Positions 1 through 20,837 are shown, counted from the stretch's first letter. The stretch: DNA of 64,000 nt from Salpingoeca rosetta (GCA_033442325.1 JAWQFM010000034.1:197037-261036), one strand, 5' to 3'. Translations and numbers: made by a program. The notes: a model not told the origin generated them from the sequence alone.

Positions 1-41
1 TGTGTGTGTGTGTGTTCGTGTGTGTGTGTGTGTGTGTGTGT

Positions 42-74
<33 letters not shown>

Positions 75-102
75 CGTGTGTGTGTGTGTGGCTGTGTGTG
101 GC

Positions 103-300
103 TGTGTGCACCTCTGTGTCTGTCTGTGTGTCTGTGTGCACCTCTGTGTCTGTCTGTGTGTCTGTGTGCACCTCTGTGTCTGTCTGTGTGTCTGTGTGCA
201 CCTCTGTGTCTGTCTGTGTGTCTGTGTGCACCTCTGTGTCTGTCTGTGTGTCTGTGTGCACCTCTGTGTCTGTCTGTGTGTCTGTGTGCACCTCTGTGTG
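103..300. repeat. 30-bp minisatellite (tgtgtgcacctctgtgtctgtctgtgtgtc), about 6.5 copies, following a (GT)n tract at 1-100; intronic
   Basis: Identical 60-nt lines at 121-240 show the periodicity directly. Confidence 0.9.
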
Positions 301-386
301 ATAGTTCTTCGCCTCGCATTCTCAACGAACGCAACACCCATCCTTTCGTCCCACCATCATCATCTATCACCAGCGCATCAACACAG

Positions 387-6038
<5,652 letters not shown>

Positions 6039-6086
6039 GAGCAAGACTGCTGCTTCATCAACCGTTTGCCACCTTGTCGTTCGATG

Positions 6087-6146
<60 letters not shown>

Positions 6147-6720
6147 CCGCGACCGTGACCGTGACTATGACCGTGGTGGCATTCAAACATCCCTTCCTGA
6201 CTCTGATTGTGCGAGTGTGTGTCGTGTGTGCATGTATGCGAGCAATTAAAACAACACCGATCCAGTAAGTTTATTCCACACAATTGAGTCAGTCCACCTC
6301 GACTCTTTGCAGCAGCACCTCCACCACCACAATCGCCACCGCCACGCAATGCTTCACTTGTTCGCTCGCATCCGCTCAGTGAAGACTCTTCAAGCGTTTA
6401 TTGCATCGAGCAAGCATATCCTCCTCGAAACAACTGTCGAGGATTGAAACAAGCCATCAATACCAACAGGCACATGCAGATGCAACAAACAGTCGCGCGT
6501 CCACTGCACACACGTACACACACGCGTGCGCGACGTGTTCACACCACACATGGACATCACGCAAAACACACCACAAACAGGCACAAAGCAACGCAGATAG
6601 ATTGATAGTTAGGCAAGTTAAGCAGCCAACAACGACACATGCACGCGCACACGCACACACACGCACACACGCACACACGCACACACGCACACGCACACAT
6701 ACACACACAGGGGCAGCCAC

Positions 6721-8448
6721 TCATTGCAGATGTGTAGTGTGTGGGCTCCGTGTTGGCGAGATTGTAACGGGCGGGAAGCGGGGCTCTGCCCAGCGGAATG
6801 GCGACAGCAACAACGATGTCGACGATGACGAACAAGTGGTGGTCGTTGCCATGCGCGAGTGCGTGGATGTGACACCAGCGCCAGCACCAGCACCAACACC
6901 AGCACCAGTAGGGTGAGACGGGGCAGTGACTGGTGTGCTGTGGTGTGAAGCATGGGCGTGGCTGTCTGATCCTAGAAGTTGCAGGTCCACTGTCTCCGGT
7001 GGTGGCGGCGGCTGGAAGGTGTGGGTGGATTGGCCAAGACTGCTTGCATTCGACGTGGAGATGGGGTGGGTGTGCACCGCGGTCACCGCCACAGAATTTC
7101 CCATACCAAACTGGTGGTCCTTGTGCGATGCCATCAGACCGTGCGCCACATCCCACGCGTCGTCGATGGTCGAGACAGCAGGCATGCTGGTGGAGGATGG
7201 CATGGCAGGTGCCGGCACAGCGAGCGAGAACGCGCCCGTGCTGAGCTGCGGCTCGGATACCGACCGCTGAGTTGCCGTGCTGCGATGCAGTCGTGGTACT
7301 GCCACTGCACCTGTGCTTGAAGCGGCTGTGGGCAAGGGAGCAGGGGCGTGGGCACTTGTTGCTGCTGCTGCTGTTGTTGTTGTTGTTGGTGGTGGTGTTG
7401 CTGTCACAGCACCAAGCTTAGTGGACGTGGCGGCGGCGTCAGAGCTGCGAGTGTCACGCGATGAGGATGACGAATGTGTTTGACGTGTGTGACGGCCGCT
7501 GCTGCTGCGCTGTGAGCGGGAAGGAGTCGTTGCTCCTTTCACGGGCGTGGTTCGCGTTGAGGATGCACGCGAACTTGCTGGCGTGCTCTTGCGTGTGGAA
7601 TTGGAACGAGTGCGCCTGCGCTTCCCCTTGCGAGTGCTGTTGCTGCTGCTGTTGCTGCTGTTGCTGCTGTTGCGGCTGCTGCCCGAGCCAGCAGTGGCGC
7701 CCACGGCGGCGGCCTGTGTGTGCGCCCGCTTGGAGTGCTCCGTCACTTCCAACACGTGCTGCAAATCAGCCGCCATGGCACCTTTCATCAGGCGATCCGC
7801 GAGATCTGTCGGCACACAACAGTTAACATGAATGTTCGTGTGAGTGAGTGCGATGGTGGTGGTGAATGTGGTCGTGGTCGTGGTCGTGAAGGATTGGTGT
7901 GAGCGCTTTGGTGGAAAGCGCAACAGGGGGAGCGTGGCAACACGTCACACCAACACGTATAAACACACACAGACACAGCACAAACGTACGCACGCCTTCA
8001 CACAACTATGCATGTACAGGTGTACACGTGTACACGAGTACACATGTGCGTGTACATTGACACGCTGCCGTCTACACACCGGGAAGGAGGCGGAAGCAGG
8101 CGAGAAGACGACACTTTGTGCATTTCTTGTGCACAGACTTGTGAAAGGCGCTTCGCGGGCACTCCCCACTGCACCTGCAGCCCTTGAACTTGGTGGTCTT
8201 GGTCAGGGCAAGCAGGTGTGCGGCCACGCCCTGCGGCGATGAAAAGTCGGCAAAGTTGATCCCGCGGCGCAACTCCTGATTGCATTTGGAGACAAGTGGG
8301 AACGGACGGAGTGTAGGTTGTGCCAGGTTGATGCAATGTGGGTGTGAGCGTGGTGGACTTGTGTCATCAACATGGCAGCTGCTGCATAATGTGCCACACA
8401 CACACACACACACGCACACACACACGCGCGCGCACACACACACACAAC

Positions 8449-8522
<74 letters not shown>

Positions 8523-11187
8523 ACAGCACATTCTCACGTCATACACGCACAAGCACATACAACTCACATACAAGCACCCAGTTACAAGCACACACATACA
8601 CACGCACGCATTGACAAACGCACATTCAATCGCATGGCAAACACGCACAGTAAACAACCATGCACACCACAAACAAAACACCACATGCACCATCTCAACA
8701 CACCTTGGCCACCATGGTTCGCGCGTGCTTGTACACCATGCCGTAGCATGACTTGCAGTAGTCCTTGTCTTGCTTGGCCTTGTCCTGGCACACCACGCAC
8801 AGTGCGTTCCTGCGCAGCTTGGCGATGAGCTGCCTCTCCTCCGGCGTCACTTGCATGTCATCGAGCGAGGGACGGGTGCAGCCATCATCATCTACCATGG
8901 CAGCATCACCCTCAGCGGAACTGCTTGTGCTGTACTTGCTCCTCTTCTGCCATGGCTGCTCTCCATCATCGTGACACCTGTCACTGCTGCCAGCTACAGT
9001 CTGCGCGTTTCGCTTCTGCCTGTGCTGCTTGTGTTGTGACTTTGGGCTGGCGGTGCGACGACCGTGTGCTGCCTTTGCACGCCGCCCTCCCCTACTTGGA
9101 GAGCGCCGCGATGATGATGATGATGATGATGATGATGACGGTGATGAGCCAGTGCCCTTGTTCGTGCTGCCTGCTGCTGCGATTGTCTGTGAGCGAGAAC
9201 CATTGGCGGTGCTGTTTTGCGCATGCGACGCTTCTGCGTCGTGCTGCTGCTGTTGTTGTTGGAACGACATTGGGAGAGGCAGTACACCATCTGCACCGGT
9301 GACGTTGTGGTGCTGGTTGCCGCTGCCGCTGTTGCTGCCGTTGCCACCCTCTGGCGGCGTTGCGAGCAGGTCGTCAAACACGCTCGACTGCAGAAAGCTC
9401 CAGTCTGCATCCGTAAGCGGTGCCTGATCGAGCAGAGCTGACGGTGCTGGCAGAGGTGAGGCCATGCGCACGGGGCCTGCATGTAGCGTGTGGGCTTGCT
9501 CATATGGGTGGTCCATTGCTGCTGCCGTTGTTGCTGTTGTTGCCGCTGCTGCTGCTGCTGCTGGCGCCGATGGTTCGGTGCTGTGTGTGGGGAAATGGGG
9601 CTGGTGGGCGTGTGACGCAGTGGTGCTATTATGACCCACCCCATTGTCGGTGTGAGCATGATACATGTGCGCTGTTTCCATGTGCTGCTGCTGATGCTGG
9701 TAGTGCTGCTGGTACTGGCGCTGACGGTGGCAAGGGTTCAGGGCAGGCTGTCCCACCGACGCCTGCAAATCTGCAGCGAGGGCTTGAATGGTGTCGGCCG
9801 ACTTTTGCGAGGTGATGTAGCCCTGGCCTTGCTGCTGATGCTTTGCGTTGTGGTACTGCTGCTGTTGCTGCTGTTGGTACTGACGGTACGCATGTTTGTG
9901 GTCGTTAATGCTGTTACTGCTGTTGCTGCTGTTGCTGCTGTTGCTGCTGCTGTGGTGGTGGTGGTTGTGCTGCTGAATATGGTGCTCTCGCCCATGCGAT
10001 GACTCCAACGTTGTTGCGCCTGTAAAGAGATCCAGGCTTGAGCTGCTCAGGGTGAGGTCATTGGCCTCATCTTCGCCCTCCACGCTTGCCAGCAGCTTGC
10101 CCGTAGTTCCTGGCTGCGTGCCCGTCACGGCCGGTGGAAACAAGAACGTGTCATCGGTCTGCATCAGCCACGCGAGATCCTACGTACGTGGCAGTAGTAC
10201 GTGCGTATGGTGAGCACATGCTTGGGAGCAAGGCGCATGCCATGTGCATGTCGAATGAATTGAAAACGCCAAACGCGCAAAGCACGACACATCAGGCACA
10301 CACGCATGCACGCACGCACGCACGCACACATACACACACACGACCGCACACACACACGCACACACCTCATCTGAGGAGAGGAAAGCCAGTGGGCTGAGGG
10401 CGGTTGGCGCTGCTGAAGTCATTGTCACGCCTCCGGCTGTCGTGGATGTTGTTGGCATGTTGAAGGAGCTCTCGCCAGGGTGTGGTGCTGACATGATGCG
10501 AAACAGGGTCGGTGTCGTGGGCACCGAAGGCAGCGGGGTGGGGCAGCTGAGCTTGGGGAGTGCAAAGGAGAGTGGGGCAGAGCCTGTCTGGTTGCCGTCG
10601 TCGCCACGCTCACGAATGGGAGCAAACTTGGTGCTGTTGTTGTTGTTGTTGCTGCTGCTGCCTGTGTTGGTGCTGTCGGGGTCTGAGACGACACTTGAGG
10701 AGCTGTTGCTGATGGTGCTGAGGTTGCTTGCAGACTCGTGCTCTGGCTCAAACCCTTCCGCAATGGGCGCAAAGGGTGCGGCGAGTGACAGCCTGTGCTT
10801 GTGGTTGCTGGTGTGGGTGTCGTGCCTGGTGCTGTTGCCGTGGTGCGTGTGGAACGGAGATGTGGACCGGGAAGCAGACGAAAGGCAGGCGTTGGAAACA
10901 ACGGAAGCTGGGGACACAGATCGTGAAGTGGTATTGGAGGGTGGGCAGGGAGCGGAAGACGCAATGGATGCTGCGGAGCACGTTCGTTCCAGGTTCCGTG
11001 CTGGTGTGGATGCGGCGCAAGTGTCAGTTGTGGATGTGGATGATGGTGACGGGGATCGTGATGATGATGGCGAGGATGACGGGCAGCTGGGCGCAGGGGA
11101 AGCTAGTGGCGCTGCGGTTGCTGGTGCTGGTCTGCAGGGGTTCGCGTGTGCCTGCGCCGAGGGCTTGCGGTGAATGCCGATGTCCAT
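6721..11187 (-). CDS. About 1190-aa low-complexity (S/T/Q/H-rich) putative transcription factor with a nuclear-receptor-like double C4 zinc finger
   Basis: Exons 11187-10366, 10179-8704, 8275-8080 and 7805-6721 have GT-AG boundaries and total 3579 nt, in frame. The spliced core reads CVVCQDKAKQDKDYCKSC..(46 aa)..CRCSGECPRSAFHKSVHKKCTKCRLLACF, followed by a basic NLS-like RKGKRRRTR. The true start may lie slightly upstream. Confidence 0.75.
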
Positions 11188-12051
11188 GGTGTTGCCCGTT
11201 GAACGTGAACCGTTACACTGCCGTTGACTGAGGTTCGGAAGCTCTTGTGGTGGTTGGGAGAGAGGAGGGGGGTCTTGGCGTGGTGGTAACAATGTATATC
11301 GCTGCAGAGAGAGGGGAGCAGGAGGAGACAGACAGACAGACAGACAGTGTGTGTGTGTGTATGTATGTGTGTGTGTGCGTGTTTGGGTATCGTGTTGGTG
11401 ATGATTGGTTGGGAAGGTGAGGAAGCGCATGCGTGAATGCATTGGTGTTGCGGTGAATGCATTTGTGTAGCGGTGGTGTTGGCAAGTGAAAGTGAGTGGG
11501 AGGTTCCGAGTTTTAGATGTAGAGTGAGCAGCCAATGCATGTGTGCACGACGGCCGCGCTGCGGGTGGTCAAGCATGTGCATGCGAGGGGGCAGGGGTGG
11601 TGTTTCTGTGGGTGGATCAGAAACGGACCTGTGGAATGGAACCCAACTGAGCCAACGGGAGAGAAGGTTGCGAACTGCAGAATAGCAGGAGAGGCGGCCT
11701 GTGCCTCGAGGGATCAAGTGTGCGGTGGCTGTCTGCGTGAGGCTGTGGGAGGGAACAGTGGGGAGGGGAAATGCCACACCAGTGGGAAACTGCGAAGCTC
11801 AACCACGCGGGTTGCTGGGGTAGCTTGGGGTGGGTTTAAATGAGTTGCGGCACAGTGAAAGGGGCGCGGAGGGAGTATGCTGCTGGGAGTGGAATGCGGT
11901 GATATGAGTTGTTGGAGTGGGAAGGGGGCGCCATTTTTGCTGTTGTCTCTTTGTCTGAGTGGCAGGAGGTGGTGGTCACGGGCTTGTTGTGGTCAGCCGT
12001 GTGTGTGTATATGTGTGTGTGTATGTGTGTGTATGTGTGTGTACATGTGTG

Positions 12052-12125
<74 letters not shown>

Positions 12126-12595
12126 GCTTGCAAGTTTCATTGCGCACAAGCACGACCGTTACCACTAGGCCAGGCGTTTATTATGATGATGACGTCATGG
12201 GGAGGAAATTGTTCAAAATCATCAAGGCAGCGCTTTGTCTTCCCGCCACTTTGCAATAACATGGTTGGAAACAGCGATTCTGTACTTGAAGCTCCTGAAT
12301 TGTTCACAGCAGGCCACGGCAGGAAGACTTGTTCATGGTGGGTGGATGGGGCCGTGTGAGCATGCACAAGGAACGAGGACAAGCACGTTACATGTTCATG
12401 TCACACAAAAAGCAAAACAAGCAAAACAAGCACAGTCACATGACACACATACACACACACACACACACACATACACACACACACACACACACACAACACA
12501 CACACACACACACAACACACGCACGCGCACACACACACAACACACACACGCACGCGCGCACACACACACACACACAACACACCTTCCTTGTCTTG

Positions 12596-13522
12596 CTACT
12601 GCGCGTGCTCGTGAGAGGGCTGGTCGCCCGCGGACTGCTGTTGCTGCTGCTGCTGCTGCTGCTGTGGCATGAACTGTGCCAGGAAGGGCTGCAGCAGCTG
12701 CCATGTGCCGTGAGCAATGGCCGGACCCACGACGATGTACGCATCCCGTAGCGCAAGCATAAGACGCATGCTACTGATGTACCAGCCGCTATAGTAGTCG
12801 AGAAACAGCGCAGCAAGGCTGAGCGCATGCGCAATCATCTGCAGTGGGGGGTGGGGAGAAGGTAAGAGTATGGGAGGGAGAGGGAGGTGGATGGGGTGGT
12901 GTCGTTGACGACGATGAGCAGTCAGAGAAAGCAGGGAAGGTAGGGAATGGAGAGAGGTGCCAGACGCGCGCGCGTGTGTGTGTGAAGGGGGGGGGTACAC
13001 AGGCACAGGCACAGGCACAGGCACAGACACCGTCATTGACACAGCCACAGATACACAGGCACATGTACACACGCACGCACACGTACACGCACATGTACAC
13101 ACGCACGCACACAGGCACACACACACAGGCACACACGCACACAGCCACAGATACACGCACAAACACACGCGCACCGGAAGCGTTCTGTAGATGTATTGGT
13201 AGTTGGTGCGGGAGAGGGTGATACCAGCGAGACCAAGGCAAGCTTGCACAATGGCAGCATCCATGACAGGCCCAAACGCGGCTGCCGTGACACGGAGGGT
13301 GTGGGTCAGGATGGTTCCCAGGGACAGGCCGTATGCTTCGAGCCCATAGTGAAAGTAGGCGTTGTGGGGCGCGACGAGCCACGTGAGGAGATACTTCCAC
13401 GGCATGTGCCTCAGCTGCACACCGTCAACGCCGTACATGAGCGCGGTCACGCGCGGAAGCAGCAGCAGGCCAATCTGCTGCATGCCAAAACCAGGCAGGC
13501 AGTCGCTCGATGACACTGCCAT
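12596..13522 (-). CDS. Hypothetical hydrophobic/membrane protein of about 196 aa with a C-terminal polyQ
   Basis: Two non-repetitive exons, 13522-13175 and 12838-12596, are joined by a phase-0 GT-AG intron (CCG|gtgcgc...ctgcag|ATG). I recognise no family. Confidence 0.55.
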   Translation of the reverse strand: MAVSSSDCLPGFGMQQIGLLLLPRVTALMYGVDGVQLRHMPWKYLLTWLVAPHNAYFHYGLEAYGLSLGTILTHTLRVTAAAFGPVMDAAIVQACLGLAGITLSRTNYQYIYRTLPVRVCLCVYLWLCACVPVCVCLCACVCTCACTCACVCTCACVSVAVSMTVSVPVPVPVPVYPPPSHTHARASGTSLHSLPSLLSLTAHRRQRHHPIHLPLPPILLPSPHPPLQMIAHALSLAALFLDYYSGWYISSMRLMLALRDAYIVVGPAIAHGTWQLLQPFLAQFMPQQQQQQQQQQSAGDQPSHEHAQ

Positions 13523-13672
13523 TGTTGGGTGGAGGAAGGAGGTGGGCGCGGGGGAGGGGTGGATGTGTGTGCGTGTGTGTGTATGTTTGCGTGTGTGTCA
13601 GTGTGTGTGTGTCAGTGTGTCAGTGGGAAGGGGGGGGGGGTTGACGCATGCATCTGCGCACGTCACTCGCAA

Positions 13673-13773
<101 letters not shown>

Positions 13774-13803
13774 CACACACACGCGCGCGCGCACACGCAC
13801 ATG

Positions 13804-13903
13804 NNNNNNNNNNNNNNNNNNNNNNNNNNNNNNNNNNNNNNNNNNNNNNNNNNNNNNNNNNNNNNNNNNNNNNNNNNNNNNNNNNNNNNNNNNNNNNNNN
13901 NNN
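13804..13903. other. Assembly gap (100 N)
   Basis: Run of N. Confidence 1.
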
Positions 13904-13907
13904 ACAG

Positions 13908-14340
13908 TGATCGCGACCCGCAGCGCTGGTACGCACTGAAGGCGATGCAGGCGCCAACAACCAAGAACCTCGACGTCTCCGTCCCCGCACTCCGCGAGTT
14001 CTCGGTGCGTGTCTATGTGTGTGTGTGTGTCTATGTGTGTGTGTGTGTGTGTGTGTGCATGTGTGCGTACATGTGTGTGTGCGTGTGTGCATGTGTGCGT
14101 GTGTGTGTTCAGGTGGGTGCCGACTGCGCCACGGCATGATGCCACTCTCGTCCCACCCTCTCGCCCTTCATCATTCTCTTCCTGTTCATCACCCCCCCCT
14201 TCGCCAACCACTCCATGTTACAGTTGCTACGTGAGCTGAAGCACAAGAACATCATCATGATCAAGGACACGTTCCTTCGCCCCACCGTGGACCCGAAGCA
14301 GATATGGATCCTCTTTGAATACGCGACCTTTGATCTCTGG
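13908..14340 (+). CDS. CDK8: CDK8/CDK19-like kinase fragment (subdomains II-V only); partial, possibly truncated or misassembled
   Basis: Exons 13908-14004 (RWYALKAMQ..VSVPALREFS) and 14224-14340 (LLRELKHKNIIMIKDTFL..IWILFEYATFDLW) match CDK8 YALK..SACREIALLRELKHPNV..VWLLFDYAEHDLW. The N-terminus presumably lies in the gap. I found no HRD or DFG-equivalent exons downstream. Confidence 0.7.
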
Positions 14341-14493
14341 GTACGTGCGTGCGCATCTGTTGTCAATATGGCAGCGTGCGTGCGCATGAATGTGCCGGCG
14401 CGCCCGTATGTCAACGTCCTGTTTTCCTCCCTTTGCTTGCCTCAATCGCATGGGTACGCTACTGCGGTTTGCACACATGTCAGCCTTTCGACG

Positions 14494-14545
<52 letters not shown>

Positions 14546-14876
14546 GCACACGCACATGCACACGCACACGCACACGCACACACACACGCGCGCGCACGGC
14601 ATGACTGTACCCACGGAATTGGCAAGGGTGCAGGTACGGCCAGCCGTTGCTTGCAGATGGCCTTCAATGGGGAAGAGGAAGAAGAAGAGGTGGTGGAGAT
14701 GTATGAGCATTCAAAGAGAGACACTTGAAGCAGTATGAGAGACGCAGCAGTTTGAGAGACGCAGCAGTAGAGGAGCTTGATGTACTAACACAGACCTGCG
14801 GCCACGCCGTTGCAGACACACACACACACACACACACACACACATTCACATGCACTCGCTCACGAACACTGACAGC

Positions 14877-15238
14877 CTACTTTGCTTGTTGCGCGCGAGA
14901 TGCGTGTGCGAGCGAGTCAAGGTGCAGCTGAAGGTTCATGGTCTGGATATCGGAGAGCCCGAGCTCGCGTGGGTACGCGCCCGTGTCCATCCATGTCTTC
15001 AGCAATGCTCCGTTGACCCTGAGGTTGGCGACAGTGGGCACGATGGACGACAACCCAATTGACACGAGCCAGTGCTGCACCTGTGTTGCAGGGGGGGGGG
15101 TGCAGCGTTGGGGATGGGTTGTGGTGTGAGATGTCGAGGGTACGGGATGGAGTGGCACATCAGGAGAAAGCGCAAAGACATGTACAGACAAACAGGCTGA
15201 TAGACGGACATGCTGGCACACAGACACACAGACAGAGT

Positions 15239-15289
<51 letters not shown>

Positions 15290-15535
15290 CACAGACACAG
15301 ACACACACACACAAACAGCACACACACACAGGCACACACACACACACACAACCACAAACAACACACACACACACACAGACAGACACACACAGGCACACAC
15401 AGACACACACACACACACCTCCTCGGCGTCCCATTCCTCGAGCGGGATGTGCAGATCTGCTGTGTAGAAGGCGAACGCCAAGGAGCAGCTGCACGCCAAC
15501 ACCGCCACCAGCAGTTTGTTGCTCATCACCATCAT
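14877..15535 (-). CDS. Small protein (about 106 aa) with a signal peptide and a single SAM domain
   Basis: Exons 15535-15419 and 15080-14877 with a phase-0 GT-AG intron. MSNKLLVAVLACSCSLAFA looks like a signal peptide. PLEEWDAEEVQHWLVSIGL..LRVNGALL..ELGL fits the SAM consensus W-x3-V-x2-WL-x2-IGL..I/V-x-G-x2-L..LG. Confidence 0.7.
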
Positions 15536-15697
15536 CCTTTCTCCCTTCCGTTTTCTTTCCTCTTTGCGTGTTTGTGTTCTTTCTGTGGTCAGTGTGTGAT
15601 GCTGATGCACCAGCAAGCGCACGCGAGTGTTTGTGTGTGTGTTGGATGAGAGGGGGAAGGTTGTGTATTAGGAAAGAGAAAGTGCTCGAGCAAGAGG

Positions 15698-15728
<31 letters not shown>

Positions 15729-16301
15729 AGCAACCTACAGAGCAAATGCCACGCGGAACTGGCAGCCCAGCCCGCCACCACCATATCATGCATTGAACGT
15801 CAAGTCGCATGGAGAACAACAGCCAAGACCACACTGCGTCGCGTATCGTGTGTTGAACGAACAACAAGGGGAAGGGAGCAACGAAAGTACGGAAAAGGCG
15901 ACACACTCTCGACGGAGAGCCAGTGGTAAGGGCGGTGGTGGCGGTGGGTGGGAAACGAAAGAGCAACTTCGGTTTGTGTGAACAGGCGAACATCAACACA
16001 AACACGCGCGTGTGTGCGTGTGCGTGTGTGTTTGGAGGGCGTGCATGCAGCCATCAGGTAGGGATACAGGAGGGAGGGAGGGGAAGCGAGAGGGGAAAGG
16101 AGGGAGGGAGGGAGAGAAGGGGGGGGGAAGAGAGGGGCGGGAAAAGAGAAGTCATGGTTGGGCGATTAAACGGGGCGGGGGGGGTGTTGGTTGGCCGTCT
16201 CTGTGTGGGGCGACAGGGACGCTGGTTCCAGTTAAGAAGAAAGAGCTAAGAGATAAACGCTGGCAGCGACGATGCGACGACGCGAGGGCGACGGAGCGTG
16301 A

Positions 16302-17278
16302 TCAGTACATCATCCACGCATCCGCTGTGCCGCCTATTGCGATGTGGTGTGGTGTTTGTGTTGTGTGTGTGTGTGGTTATGAGTATGTGTTGAGTTGTGT
16401 GTGTGTATGTGTGTGTTGAGTTGTGTGCTCGGAGGAGGCAACGCAGGGTCACAACGCACCGGAACACACGCACACACGCACACACAATACACACATACAC
16501 ACAAACCAACACACGCACACACATACACACCTGTGAAGACGGGCTTGTCGCCAACTACAAATTCGGTGGGCGCAGGCGAGGTCGATGGTTCGTTCTGTGT
16601 TGGGGACGCCACCGCACCAGGCTCCACAAACTGTCGCGCGACATGGAACAATCATGTGAGCCCAGTGTCATCAACACAGGTATGTGCACGTACACATGCG
16701 CATGTGCGTGCACATATGCGTTCGCGTGCGTGCACGTGTCCGGTTGACTGACTCGTGAAACAAGCAGCCACAGCATGTCAGCCACCCACACACCCACACA
16801 CACACACACACGCACCCACACACACACACATGCTACAAACCAACACTAACACAGTCCACCACATGCGCGCACCTCGAAGCTTGCTGTGGAGACGCCCGAG
16901 AAGGAGTTGCGTCTTGAGGTTTCAAAGACGGACATGGCCGTGGGTCTGCCATTGCCGTTGAGGTGTCGGCGAGACGTGCTGCGAGAAAACCGCGCGCCGC
17001 CCTCGCCGCCTTCCTCCATCTGATGCACCGCACTGCAAACATGTAAACAAAAAGTAAGCAGCGATCATGAGCTATGGCATCAGCAGCAGCAGCAGCAGCG
17101 GCGGCGAGAGGTGGAGAAATGGGAGCACATGCATGAAAGTCTGTTGTGTGCCCGCACGCAGCGTTTCTTTTCTTGTCCTGATGTCCTGATGTTCTTGTTC
17201 TCTCTCTCTCTCTCACCCGCTCTGGACTTACTCTGAGCTTCGGCGAAGCCATCGCAGTACACGGCCCAAGCCCATCAT
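16302..17278 (-). CDS. Hypothetical 112-aa micro-protein in 4 exons
   Basis: Exons 17278-17232 (canonical GTAAGT donor), 17032-16873, 16630-16531 and 16333-16302 total 339 nt in frame. Product: MMGLGRVLRWLRRSSDAVHQMEEGG...RRNSFSGVSTASFEFVEPG...GDKPVFTGGTADAWMMY*. Confidence 0.55.
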
Positions 17279-17812
17279 CTTTTGTCGCTGCGCTTGCTGA
17301 GTGGCGTGTGCGTGCCTTCTTGAGCTTGTTCTCCACTCGAGTGGGGAGGAATCGAGGAGCACAAGAAGGAAGGGGAAATGAGTGAATGGCCACAGCTGTG
17401 ATTCTGTGCTGCTGTGCGCTTTTATTCCTGTGCTGTGTTGCTGCTGCAACTCCCGCTCTCTCCAGGACACACACAACCGCCAGTCAGCTCGTGCGTGCGT
17501 GCAAAAAGCAAGCGAAGAGAGAAGAGGGGGGGACGCGGAGAGCAGCACGCGTGGCTCCGGTGGCAAACGGGACAGCACGGCGCAGCACGACACAGCACGA
17601 CACGCTGCTTGGGTTCGTTGCGCCAAACACTTGATTCCGGTTGCTTGCGGCAACACGGAAATGTTACGCAAAACACACATAATTCACACATGAACTGAAT
17701 TCAGTCCGGGTAGCGATAACAGGTGTGTTCTCATTGGTCAATTCTGCTGGCCATTGTTTTTTGTGTATTCTTTTTTTGTGTGGTGACAGTTCACGACAGA
17801 CGACACGCGAAG

Positions 17813-20807
<2,995 letters not shown>

Positions 20808-20837
20808 CAGCACTGATTCTTTTTGTTCCTCTTTCTC

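Noticed and set aside
10442-11173. 243-aa + strand ORF with apparent TM segments
   Set aside because: It is the antisense shadow of the minus-strand S/T/N-rich exon, which splices in frame into the zinc-finger gene.
12183-12299. ATGATGA...CTGA resembling a C/D-box snoRNA
   Set aside because: The C-box lies in a short (ATG)n run common in this genome, the terminal stem is negligible and I could not identify a guide sequence.
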